DNA of 64,000 nucleotides. Source: Candidatus Blackburnbacteria bacterium. Lineage in GTDB: Bacteria > Patescibacteriota > Microgenomatia > UBA8517 > UBA10165. The notes beneath the pieces were generated by a model, which was given only the letters and a program-made list of their open reading frames with translations, was not told where the DNA came from and did not search any database. Both the position numbers and the translations under genes were made by a program. Below are positions 37,796 through 46,676 of this stretch, piece by piece. The first letter of the stretch is position 1, and each line of letters opens with the position of its first letter. Location: positions 614,479 to 678,478 of the forward strand of contig JACPEJ010000001.1 in the NCBI GenBank assembly GCA_016183565.1, given 5' to 3'.

Positions 37796-38198
37796 CCAGC
37801 TTTCCTCCTACTTCCAGATTAGCACTTGTTAAGCCGTAATTACAAGCTACGCCACAATCGCTATCTAGGCCTAAAACAACTTCGGGGTCTTTCTTGTTCT
37901 CAAGTTTTGCGAAAAGTTGATATTTTGAACCATCTTTTGAAGAGCGGTAAGAATACTTGAGTTGGTGGACGGGGTCACTGGGCATTTTTTCTATCACCCC
38001 GGGATATTTGCCATGGGTAGAATGATAGATTTCAAGTTCTTTTTGAATTTGCGAGAGGTCACTCTTGCGTTTTTCGTCTCGGGTTTTGGCTTGGAGCTCT
38101 CGAATATAACTGAGAGCAAAAAAACTAACAATTCCCATCACAAGAAGTACGAGAAGTATTGGTGGATTTGAGTTTGCACCCTGGGATACCTTTTTCAT
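37788..38198 (-). CDS. GspG-like pilin with a degenerate leader
   Basis: RDEKRKSDL...LE.Y...YP core, but no GFxxxE motif. Confidence 0.75.
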   Translation of the reverse strand: MKKVSQGANSNPPILLVLLVMGIVSFFALSYIRELQAKTRDEKRKSDLSQIQKELEIYHSTHGKYPGVIEKMPSDPVHQLKYSYRSSKDGSKYQLFAKLENKKDPEVVLGLDSDCGVACNYGLTSANLEVGGKLDE

Positions 38199-38785
38199 TT
38201 TGCACTATTTGCACTATCGGTGGATTCAGACGCTTGGGTTTTGCGCATAAGGACGACATCTTTTTCGATTGCCTCAAGTTCTTTCTCGACAGGAGTGTCG
38301 CCACTAGCCACACCAAAGTTGCATATTTGAGAACCGCAAGCAAGTTTTCGGCGTGCTACTCCTTCTTTATACTCATCGTCTTTTGAATTTTCCAGATGAG
38401 CAAAAAGTTGAAAGTTTTTCCCATCAGTAACATATAGATAGGAATACTTCTTTCCAGGTGCCAACGGGTCCTCGGGTATTCTATCTATATAAGGAGGATA
38501 GCTTGAATCAGTAATATCTCTTATTCCATCCTTTCCCCACTCGCACGGGCTTGGTTTTTCTATCTCCCCGCAAGCAAAAATTTTTCCATCGCGTGCTGGA
38601 GGATATGAGGCAAAATCATTTAAATACATATTTAAGGCAGTGGCTATATGTTTAAGGTCGTTTTTGCGTTGTACGTCCCGCGCTCGGACTAACGAGGTGC
38701 GGAAATTAAAAAGTGCCAAGCCCCAGATTATTGTGAGGATTAGACCAACCATGAGGATTTCGTTTTTGGTAAAACCCTGTTGCAT
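38195..38785 (-). CDS. GspG-like pilin
   Basis: GFTKNE variant motif; RDVQRKNDL. Confidence 0.8.
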   Translation of the reverse strand: MQQGFTKNEILMVGLILTIIWGLALFNFRTSLVRARDVQRKNDLKHIATALNMYLNDFASYPPARDGKIFACGEIEKPSPCEWGKDGIRDITDSSYPPYIDRIPEDPLAPGKKYSYLYVTDGKNFQLFAHLENSKDDEYKEGVARRKLACGSQICNFGVASGDTPVEKELEAIEKDVVLMRKTQASESTDSANSAK

Positions 38786-38796
38786 GAGTTTAAAAA

Positions 38797-38935
38797 ATTT
38801 TCAATTTTCAATTCTTAATTTTTATTCAATTTTTAATGACTAAATGTTTACTAATTAGGTTTTAATCTAATTGAGTATGTTAAATTTAAAATTAGATTAT
38901 TTGGATTTGATTAAAAATTTAAAATTTAAAATTCA
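38797..38935. repeat. AT-rich degenerate heptamer arrays in inverted arrangement
   Basis: aattttc aattttc aattctt aatttt ... aaaattt aaaattt aaaattc; similar arrays at ~39742 and 56632-56665. Confidence 0.55.
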
Positions 38936-38941
38936 TTTCCT

Positions 38942-39733
38942 TCAGAGGAAATGGTTATACCACCCTACTATCCTATCACTAAAAAATAAACTAATCCAAG
39001 CGCCAAGCAGTAGGAATGGGCCAAAGGCGATGTGTTTTTTCCAAGAGGCTTTGTTTGCTGCTATTAAAAAAAGTCCAACAACTGCTCCTATGGAAAAAGA
39101 AAGCAGAAACCAAATCAGGACTCTCGGGTATCCTAGGAGAGAACCTAAAACGAATGAAAGTTTGACATCACCAAATCCCATCCCACGACCTCTTGTTAAT
39201 ACAAAAATACCCAGGAAGAAACTAAAAGAAATAAGACCCCAAGATATGTGATTGATAAGAGTGGGGGGGGGAGCAAGAAATAAAAACAAAAGTACTGTAA
39301 GACCTAATACTAGAACTAAAATATCAGGCAAAATTTCAAATTCAAAGTCTATTACTATTAGACTTATAAAGATTGCAATAATCATTAGTAAGGCAGGGAG
39401 TGCCGCAAAACCAAGTGTGGTTTTAAAAAGGCTTAAGGATGAATTATTCGTTGAGAAGAATAGGAAGGTTGAGATAACAAATGCTATGCTTGTCAAAGTT
39501 TCGATTACAGGATAACGCAAGCCAATTTTTTTTCCACAGGAAGCGCATTTCCCTCGGAGCAAGATAAAAGAAACAACCGGTATGTTATTAAACCAGCGGA
39601 TTTTTTTGTGACAGTGGTCGCAGACTGACCTTCCGAATATGGAGATTCCACGAGGGATACGGTGGGTGAGCATCCCGATGAAGGAGCCGAGGGCTAGTCC
39701 AAGAAGAGCGAGAATGAGATAGAAAAATGGCAT
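38942..39733 (-). CDS. pilD: Prepilin peptidase
   Basis: RS.CDHC, CASC, ID...ILPD, MGFGDVKL and FGPFL motifs. Confidence 0.95.
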   Translation of the reverse strand: MPFFYLILALLGLALGSFIGMLTHRIPRGISIFGRSVCDHCHKKIRWFNNIPVVSFILLRGKCASCGKKIGLRYPVIETLTSIAFVISTFLFFSTNNSSLSLFKTTLGFAALPALLMIIAIFISLIVIDFEFEILPDILVLVLGLTVLLFLFLAPPPTLINHISWGLISFSFFLGIFVLTRGRGMGFGDVKLSFVLGSLLGYPRVLIWFLLSFSIGAVVGLFLIAANKASWKKHIAFGPFLLLGAWISLFFSDRIVGWYNHFL

Positions 39734-39758
39734 GTTGAGAGTAATTTCAAATTAAAAA

Positions 39759-40355
39759 TTACTTTGCTACACAAACATAGCATACATCTTCATCTTCCCA
39801 GGTAACAGTTGATGGACAGCTCTCGAGGGCTCCGGTTAATGGAAAGTTTGTATTTATGTTAATTTTGTAAAGTTCTCCTGTTTTTTTCCTTTCTGTTTCA
39901 GAAGTTGGCACAAAGCAAGCGTAGACAGGCGACTGGCTACCTTGTCCTTTTCCTAGGTATATTGCATCGCTTTTGTCAGCACTGATGTGTTGAGAGGGTA
40001 GTCCAGACGGAATGAGCCCCTCAGTAACCAAAATTCCGGGTTTCGAGCAATCTTCGTTTTCACAAATACCAACCTCAACGTTTGTTGTTTTATGCCAAGA
40101 AAAAGGATTGGCATTGTCTCTGCTGTTGAGATTAGACGACCAGGGAAGTTTACCGCGAGCTATATAGAAATTATTAATCCCCTCGACAATTGTTTCGGCA
40201 TCTTTGGAAAGATTACTATCCCGCTTGAGGCGAACTCCCTCGAAGGGGTCGGTAACGAAAAGTGCCATGGAAACAAGAATAGCAAGAAAGCCAATTGCAA
40301 TAACAAGTTCGATAATAGTAAAACCGTTTCTCAAAAAAGTTGTGAGGCGAAGCAT
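39759..40355 (-). CDS. Pilin-like protein, paralog of the adjacent pilin
   Basis: GFTIIE; DP...D...DA..I...Y...PW; CF.P.S. Confidence 0.8.
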   Translation of the reverse strand: MLRLTTFLRNGFTIIELVIAIGFLAILVSMALFVTDPFEGVRLKRDSNLSKDAETIVEGINNFYIARGKLPWSSNLNSRDNANPFSWHKTTNVEVGICENEDCSKPGILVTEGLIPSGLPSQHISADKSDAIYLGKGQGSQSPVYACFVPTSETERKKTGELYKININTNFPLTGALESCPSTVTWEDEDVCYVCVAK

Positions 40356-40409
40356 ACTCTTAAATAGCTTAAAGAAGAAACCTTATAAAAAGCAAGTAGG
40401 AGAATGTTG

Positions 40410-40901
40410 TTATTCAGGAAGGCAAATAAAACATCCCGCGGAGAGATCTGCCTTTGGGCAACCAGCAGTAGAGCTACCTGTGTTATTCGCATATTTTGCA
40501 TTAGCCCTAAAGGTTTTGGAGATTGGTGCAAAACAAACTGTGGTCAGACCGGAAGTACTATTCTCCGTTACAATAAGACTTGTTAGATTGGTCCTGCTCT
40601 GAAATTGAGTTTTAAGTTCATTTTTGCTTACCAGTTCGGTAATGCCAGCATCAGAGCTTGACATGGCTGTGCCATTAGGCAGAGTCGCCCACGGGCCTTT
40701 TTGAAACGTTGTATAATACCTCTCTACTGCATTCAAAAGTTCGGCAGCATCAGATTTGAGGCCTGTATCCGTACCCTTCCTGATCTGTTCAATTGGGTTA
40801 ATAGCGGAAAGAACGGCAGTTGCCAAAATTCCAATAACTGCAATAACGATAAGAAGCTCAATAAGGGTAAAACCACGAAGTTTTGCGGCAGGTTTATTCA
40901 T
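40410..40901 (-). CDS. Type IV pilin, probable major pilin
   Basis: GFTLIELLIVIAVIGILA; own TTGACA promoter upstream. Confidence 0.88.
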   Translation of the reverse strand: MNKPAAKLRGFTLIELLIVIAVIGILATAVLSAINPIEQIRKGTDTGLKSDAAELLNAVERYYTTFQKGPWATLPNGTAMSSSDAGITELVSKNELKTQFQSRTNLTSLIVTENSTSGLTTVCFAPISKTFRANAKYANNTGSSTAGCPKADLSAGCFICLPE

Positions 40902-40948
40902 TACTGTTATTAGTTAGACATAACAAAAAGAGCTTGTCAAGGGACAAA

Positions 40949-42154
40949 TCAAAACTGTCCTGTGAGATTGTAGATTGGCAGGATTACTGCGATAACCAGA
41001 AAACCAACACCAATTCCTAAAATTATCATTACCAAAGGCTCGACTGCTGCTGTTAAACCTTTTACTAAATGCTCAGATTCCTGCTCGAATACATGGGAGA
41101 CTTTTATTAAGGACTCGTCTAGTTTCCCTGTTTCTTCGCCTACTGCTAGCATTTGGTAAAGCATTGGCGGGAAAACCTCTGCTTCTTGAGAAAAGGCATA
41201 GGCAAGAGAGAATCCTTGTTCAACCTGCGTTGAGGAACGAGTAATTGCAGCGTTGACAACAGTATTTCCAACAACTCCTGAAACTATCCGTAACCCCTCA
41301 AGAAGAGAGACACCCGCGCCAACTAAAAGTCCTAGAGTTCGGGTTAGTTCAGTTAAAATAACTTGTCTTTGCAAGGGGCCAAGAATAGGTAGTTTTAATT
41401 TTAATTCGTCAACTTTTTGTCGGCCTTTGGGTGTCTTTGCAAGAAGCATTAATACCCACACTATTCCTCCTATTACTCCTCCCACAATCCACCAGTATTT
41501 TTCCGAGAATGACGAGATAGCCATTAGAGCTTTGGTTGGCATTGGCAATTCGGCGTTAAAATCAGCAAACAAAGAAAGCATTTTGGGTATAACAAAGACC
41601 ATCATTACTACTGCAACGGCTATCATGCCAACAACAACAATTACAGGATAAATAAGAGCTCCTTTTACTTTTGATTGAAACTCGCGCTGGGCTTCAAGGT
41701 TATCCGCAAGTCTTGCTAGAATGTTGTCCAGAACACCTCCGCCTTCGCCAGCTTTAACAAGTGCGATATAAACAGGGGAAAAAATTTTAGGGTGTTTTTC
41801 TAAGGCAGCCGAGAGAGAGGAACCTCCTTCGATATCTGAGAGTAGACTATCTACTATCGGACGCAGAGCTGGACGAGATTGTGTCTTTATGATAAGAAGT
41901 GCGTCGGTAATTGGCAAACCTGCTGTAATCATTATGGAGAACTGTCTTGTAAAAAGTGCGATGTCGTAAAGAGTTACTCTTTGACCAACGCGGCGCCACA
42001 AATCCAGAAGAGAGGCATGTTTGGGAGAGAGTGAGATAACTACGTACCCTTGCTCTCGCAATAATTTTGCTGCTTCGCGGATATCTTGGGCTTCAACTTG
42101 ACCTTTAACAAGTTTTCCACTTTTGTCTCGGGCCTTGTAGACAAAACGGTTCAT
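40949..42154 (-). CDS. pilC: Type IV pilus platform protein PilC
   Basis: FTRQFS, AGE.GG.LD, ALIYP, GEETGKLD and EP...PIY motifs. Confidence 0.95.
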   Translation of the reverse strand: MNRFVYKARDKSGKLVKGQVEAQDIREAAKLLREQGYVVISLSPKHASLLDLWRRVGQRVTLYDIALFTRQFSIMITAGLPITDALLIIKTQSRPALRPIVDSLLSDIEGGSSLSAALEKHPKIFSPVYIALVKAGEGGGVLDNILARLADNLEAQREFQSKVKGALIYPVIVVVGMIAVAVVMMVFVIPKMLSLFADFNAELPMPTKALMAISSFSEKYWWIVGGVIGGIVWVLMLLAKTPKGRQKVDELKLKLPILGPLQRQVILTELTRTLGLLVGAGVSLLEGLRIVSGVVGNTVVNAAITRSSTQVEQGFSLAYAFSQEAEVFPPMLYQMLAVGEETGKLDESLIKVSHVFEQESEHLVKGLTAAVEPLVMIILGIGVGFLVIAVILPIYNLTGQF

Positions 42155-43212
42155 ATGCTTCCTTGTACAAGCCTTGTTAACTCCTCAGGTCGCATAGCGA
42201 AGCTTTTGGCAGTTTCCAAGGTAATTAGGCCTTGTTTAACATAGGAGGCTAAAATCTTTTCGATATTATTCATACCAAACTCGGCGGAAGTTTGAATGAT
42301 GTTATCAATTTGATGGGTTTTGCCCTCGCGGATAGCTGTGCGGACTGCCGAAGTACCAGTTAAGATTTCGTACGCTGCGGTTCTGCCCCCACCTATTAAC
42401 GGGACAAGGCGCTGTGAAAAGACAGCTTCTAGAACATTAGAGAGCTGCAGGCGTACTTGGCCTTGTTGTTCCTCAGGAAAAACGTCCACAATTCTGTCGA
42501 TTGTTTGGGCGGCAGAATTTGTATGTAATGTAGCAAAGACTAAATGCCCGGTTTCTGCAACAGTTAGGGCAGCAGCAATTGTTTCGTGGTCACGCATTTC
42601 TCCGACGAGCACCACATCAGGATCTTCACGAAGGGCGGATCTTAGTGCAATTTCCCAAGAATGTGTGTCTTCTCGCATCTCTCTTTGAGATACCAAGGCC
42701 ATCTGCGACTGGAATACAAACTCAATAGGATCTTCTATGGTTAATATGTGGACAGGTCGAGTTTGGTTGATTTCATTAAGAATGGCAGCCAAAGTTGTGG
42801 ATTTACCATGTCCAGTTGGACCAGTAACTAAGATAAATCCTTGACGCAGTTTGGTAAAGTTGTGGCAAATTGGGGGTAGTTTCAGTTCGTCGATTGTTGG
42901 AATTTTTAGGGGAACTCTTCGGAATGTTGCTGCAATTGTTCCTTTTTGGTAATAAACATTCGCTCTGAAACGTGCGTTTTGGGAAAAAGCAATTGAAAAA
43001 TCAATTTCTTTATTAACAGTAACCCTTTCCAATTGCTCAGCGCTTAAGGAGGGGTTAATAAGCCTTTGAGTGCTTTCCGGGGCTAAAACACTTTCGTTGG
43101 GGACTTTCAAAAGTTCGCCGTCAACCCGAATAGTCGGTGGAGCACCAACAACAAGATGAAGATCTGATGCTTTTTTGTCTATGGATAGTTGTAGTAGTTG
43201 TTGTAGTTCCAT
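42151..43212 (-). CDS. pilT: Retraction ATPase PilT
   Basis: ASDLHL, GPTGHGKSTT, LREDPD, AETGHLVFATLHT and AIRE motifs. Confidence 0.95.
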   Translation of the reverse strand: MELQQLLQLSIDKKASDLHLVVGAPPTIRVDGELLKVPNESVLAPESTQRLINPSLSAEQLERVTVNKEIDFSIAFSQNARFRANVYYQKGTIAATFRRVPLKIPTIDELKLPPICHNFTKLRQGFILVTGPTGHGKSTTLAAILNEINQTRPVHILTIEDPIEFVFQSQMALVSQREMREDTHSWEIALRSALREDPDVVLVGEMRDHETIAAALTVAETGHLVFATLHTNSAAQTIDRIVDVFPEEQQGQVRLQLSNVLEAVFSQRLVPLIGGGRTAAYEILTGTSAVRTAIREGKTHQIDNIIQTSAEFGMNNIEKILASYVKQGLITLETAKSFAMRPEELTRLVQGSI

Positions 43213-43213
43213 A

Positions 43214-45013
43214 TTATTCCTGTGCTACTCTTAACACCTCTTCTATGGTAGTAATTCCTTCCAAGGCTTTCAAGTATCCATCTTGTTTCATCGTAATCAT
43301 TCCTTCTTCTTTTGCTTGTTTTTCTATGTCGCCAGATGAAGCATGCTCAAGAACAAGTCTTCCTATCTTTTCTGTGATAGGCATTACCTCGTAAATTCCA
43401 ACTCTTCCCATGTATCCAGTATTACCACACTCTGTGTCTCCTTTGCCATGGTAAAGTTTTGTCCCACCTTGTGGATTGTTGGGCCAAAGACTTCCCAGGT
43501 TGCTTTTCATATCTTCTAAGATTTTAGGATCTGGTTCATAGGCCTCTTTGCAGTCTTCGTGGATTTTTCTAACGATTCTTTGGGCAACAATGCATGTAAT
43601 TGTCGACCCAAGGAGAAATGGTTCGGCACCCATATCTAAAAGGCGTGGGAGAACACCCGAGGCGTTTGTTGTATGTAATGTCGAGAAAACTAAATGGCCT
43701 GTTAGCGCAGCTTGGATTGCAAGTCCAGCGGTTTCAGCGTCACGAATTTCACCAACCATGATGATGTTTGGGTCTTGCCTGAGGAATGCGCGCAGCCCCG
43801 TTGCAAAAGTTAGACCCGCTTGTGGGTTAACTTGAACTTGGTTGACTCCGGCTATTTGGTACTCAACGGGATCTTCAAGGGTTACTACGTTTACCCTGGG
43901 TGTGCTAACTTTTGATAAGACGGAGTAGAGGGTTGTGGTTTTACCAGATCCGGTCGGACCACAGACGATGATAATTCCATGTGGTCTTAAAATTGCGTCT
44001 TCTAGATTTTTCAAGGCTCGGCCTCTGAGTCCTAATTCCGGAAGTTTTGGTACTCCGCCTGTTTTTTTAAGAAGACGCATAACGATTTTTTCTCCATGTG
44101 CTGTAGGCAGAGAGGATACGCGCAAGTCCACCTCTTCGCCGCCGGATTTAAAATTAAACCTCCCGTCTTGGGGTACTCTTTTTTCGTCAATTTTCATACC
44201 AGATAGAATTTTTATTCTTGAGATTAGGGAATCATGAAGTTGTTTGGTCATAATAAACTTCTCTTGTAAAATCCCGTCAATGCGGTATCTAACGCGAGTT
44301 GATTTTTCTTCAGGTTCTACATGAATATCTGAAGCGCGCGATTTAACGGCAAAGGTTAAAAGTTCTTTTACAATTTTGGCGATTGGTGCTTCTCTTATGA
44401 CTTGATCTAAGCGAGATAAATCAACAGTGTTGACCCCGCCTTCTGTGGGTTCTGCTTCTTTAATTGCTTCTGTTACACCTCGGCTTAAACCAACTGAATA
44501 TTGTTCTCCGATGACTCTTTCAATCTTTGAAGGAACAGCGGAAACAGGGCGAACGCGCATACCTGTTTTTTGTCTTACAAACTCGACAGCGGTGATATCC
44601 AGAGGATCAGCCATTGCCAGAGTAATTTGTTGAGCGTCTTTGTCAATTGAAATGGGGATAACGTTAAACCTTGAGGCAACTGATTGGGTGAGAGCAGAAA
44701 GTGCTTCGGGAGAAATAGGAGTTTGGTCTAAGTCTATAAAGGGAACGTTGTAAAAAACAGCGCGCGCTTTTGCCATTTGCTCTTCTTTAACCATCCCTAG
44801 CTCTTTTAGTATTTCTTCTTGAGTGCGTCCTGTTTGGAGTTCTTCTAACTTGATCTTTTCTGCGCCTTCTGGCCCTAAGACTCCTTGGGAAACAAGTATA
44901 TCTACAACAGAGGAGGCATCATTGTTGTGGGGAACATCAGGGGTTAAAGTAGCACTGGTTGCAGTTTCGGTCTTACTACTCTTATTTTTACTCGCGGGGG
45001 CAGGCTGGGGCAT
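43214..45013 (-). CDS. pilB: Assembly ATPase PilB
   Basis: ASDIHVEP, PQDGRF, GPTGSGKTTT, LRQDP and ALTGHLV motifs. Confidence 0.95.
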   Translation of the reverse strand: MPQPAPASKNKSSKTETATSATLTPDVPHNNDASSVVDILVSQGVLGPEGAEKIKLEELQTGRTQEEILKELGMVKEEQMAKARAVFYNVPFIDLDQTPISPEALSALTQSVASRFNVIPISIDKDAQQITLAMADPLDITAVEFVRQKTGMRVRPVSAVPSKIERVIGEQYSVGLSRGVTEAIKEAEPTEGGVNTVDLSRLDQVIREAPIAKIVKELLTFAVKSRASDIHVEPEEKSTRVRYRIDGILQEKFIMTKQLHDSLISRIKILSGMKIDEKRVPQDGRFNFKSGGEEVDLRVSSLPTAHGEKIVMRLLKKTGGVPKLPELGLRGRALKNLEDAILRPHGIIIVCGPTGSGKTTTLYSVLSKVSTPRVNVVTLEDPVEYQIAGVNQVQVNPQAGLTFATGLRAFLRQDPNIIMVGEIRDAETAGLAIQAALTGHLVFSTLHTTNASGVLPRLLDMGAEPFLLGSTITCIVAQRIVRKIHEDCKEAYEPDPKILEDMKSNLGSLWPNNPQGGTKLYHGKGDTECGNTGYMGRVGIYEVMPITEKIGRLVLEHASSGDIEKQAKEEGMITMKQDGYLKALEGITTIEEVLRVAQE

Positions 45014-45118
45014 ACATCCATATTGATATAATTTTTGGTAAAATGCAAGGAAAGCAAGTAACGTCAGACTTTGTTGCTGATGTCACTCTGGGTTACTGGT
45101 GTTACTGATATTACTCCT

Positions 45119-45796
45119 ATGCATGCTTTTTTGATTGTTGGCAAAACAGAAAAAGAACGACAGGGTGCGGTTGTGGAAATTCTTAAACAGAATAAGGTGG
45201 GGGAGACTTTGAGTCTAACTTCTGACAAAGAGGTATATTCTATCTCGAGTGTTCGTAATTTAAATAAAACCCTGCGGCTAAAGACTTTGGACGAAACCAC
45301 AAGAGCGGTTGTTGTGAAAAATGCTCATAGATTGACAACTGAGGCAGCTAATGCTTTTCTTAAAACTTTAGAAGAGCCTACAGCTCATACAATTCTTATT
45401 TTAACCGCACCTAATCAAGATTCTCTACTTCCTACAATAGTCTCACGTTGTCAGGTGGAAAATTTAGGCAATAGTGCTCCCACTTCGGGCAAGAAGGAGG
45501 AGTTGGAAAAACTTGTGAATTCTTCTATCGGAGAAAGACTTATTGTGGCTGAAAAATTTGATGATCGGGAGATGGCTTTAGAGTTTGTAGTAGAACAAAC
45601 GTTTGCTGCACGAGATGTGATGATAAGTTCGGTAAAAACAGATGGGGCTTCAGCTAACACGGCTTCCTGTCTAAAACTACTTAAAGATCTAAAACAGGCT
45701 AAGGATGATTTAGAATCCAATGTTAATGTAAAGTTGGTTCTTGTGAATCTGCTTCTCCAATATCCTATATTCCATTCCACTCCCGATGTGGAATAG
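45119..45796 (+). CDS. holB: DNA polymerase III delta-prime-like subunit
   Basis: AHRLT.EAANAFLKTLEEP and LLPTIVSRC motifs; the last codons are REP-derived. Confidence 0.8.
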   Translation: MHAFLIVGKTEKERQGAVVEILKQNKVGETLSLTSDKEVYSISSVRNLNKTLRLKTLDETTRAVVVKNAHRLTTEAANAFLKTLEEPTAHTILILTAPNQDSLLPTIVSRCQVENLGNSAPTSGKKEELEKLVNSSIGERLIVAEKFDDREMALEFVVEQTFAARDVMISSVKTDGASANTASCLKLLKDLKQAKDDLESNVNVKLVLVNLLLQYPIFHSTPDVE

Positions 45797-45812
45797 GTTG
45801 ACACGTCGGGAG
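45774..45812 (+). repeat. REP family A at the RAYT 5' flank (core plus an inverted half-site)
   Basis: attccactcccgatgtggaat, then ttgacacgtcgggag (reverse complement of ctcccgacgtgtcaa). Confidence 0.85.
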
Positions 45813-45837
45813 GATTGTTGTAGTGTAATGTTAGTAC

Positions 45838-46512
45838 ATGCCTACTCGGATAATACCTCTCGTAAACGGTGAGTTTTACCATCTTTTTAATCGAGGTGTG
45901 GCGCATCAACCAATTTTTTCTACTAACAGGGATTACCAAAAGTTTTTACTCCCTCTACAATACTATCAGTTACAAACACCACCTGTTAAGCTGTCTCGAT
46001 TTATGCAATTACAAAAGGATGAAAAGGAATACTTACTCAAAGAACTCGAGACGAAGGGAAAGAAATTAGTAAATCTTATCTGCTTTGTTCTAATGCCAAA
46101 TCACTTCCATGCTCTTGCACAACAATCAGTTAACAATGGTATTTCTACTTTTATAAAGAGAGCTACTGATAGCTATGCCCGTTATTTCAACACCAAACAT
46201 GAACGTGTTGGTCCTTTGTTTCAGGGAGCATTTAAGGCGGTAAGAATTACAACGGTTGAGCAATTACTTCATGTGTCAAGATATATACACCTGAATCCAC
46301 TGGTTTCTTTTGTTGTGCGTCAAGAAAACTTCATCCAATATCAGTGGTCATCGCTCCAATACTTCTTACAAGAAAACATTTCTCAGAATATAGTTGACCC
46401 TACTCCTATACTCCAAAATTTCAGTTCTAAGGAAGAATATAAGAAGTTTATATTAGACCACGCTGAATACGCAAAGGAGTTGGAGAAAATTAAGCACATG
46501 GTGATTGATTAA
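45838..46512 (+). mobile_element. REP-associated tyrosine transposase (RAYT, HUH/Y1 family)
   Basis: YHLFNRG...IF, CFVLMPNHFH (HUH), FQG.F, RYIHLNP (catalytic Tyr) and YQWSS; REP copies on both flanks. Confidence 0.9.
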
Positions 46513-46514
46513 TA

Positions 46515-46549
46515 CCGATGTGCAAAGCTATTCCACTCCCGATGTGGAA
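46515..46549 (+). repeat. REP family A at the RAYT 3' flank
   Basis: ccgatgtgcaaagctattccactcccgatgtggaa. Confidence 0.9.
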
Positions 46550-46676
46550 AGTTTGTGGAAAGTTGCTTTGGGGGCCAGGTTTTTAACCTTCGCTAAGTTT
46601 GCAAAGACTCGCATATCAAGCTATAATTATAGTTAGGAAATGGGGTTTTAAAAGCCCTATTTTTCGTGTTTAGACA

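Noticed and set aside
38871-39251. 126-aa ORF
   Set aside because: Begins in an AT-rich repeat and is antisense to pilD
45838-46512. Classical IS200/IS605 element
   Set aside because: No tnpB, longer RAYT-type protein, and flanks are dispersed REPs rather than unique LE/RE ends
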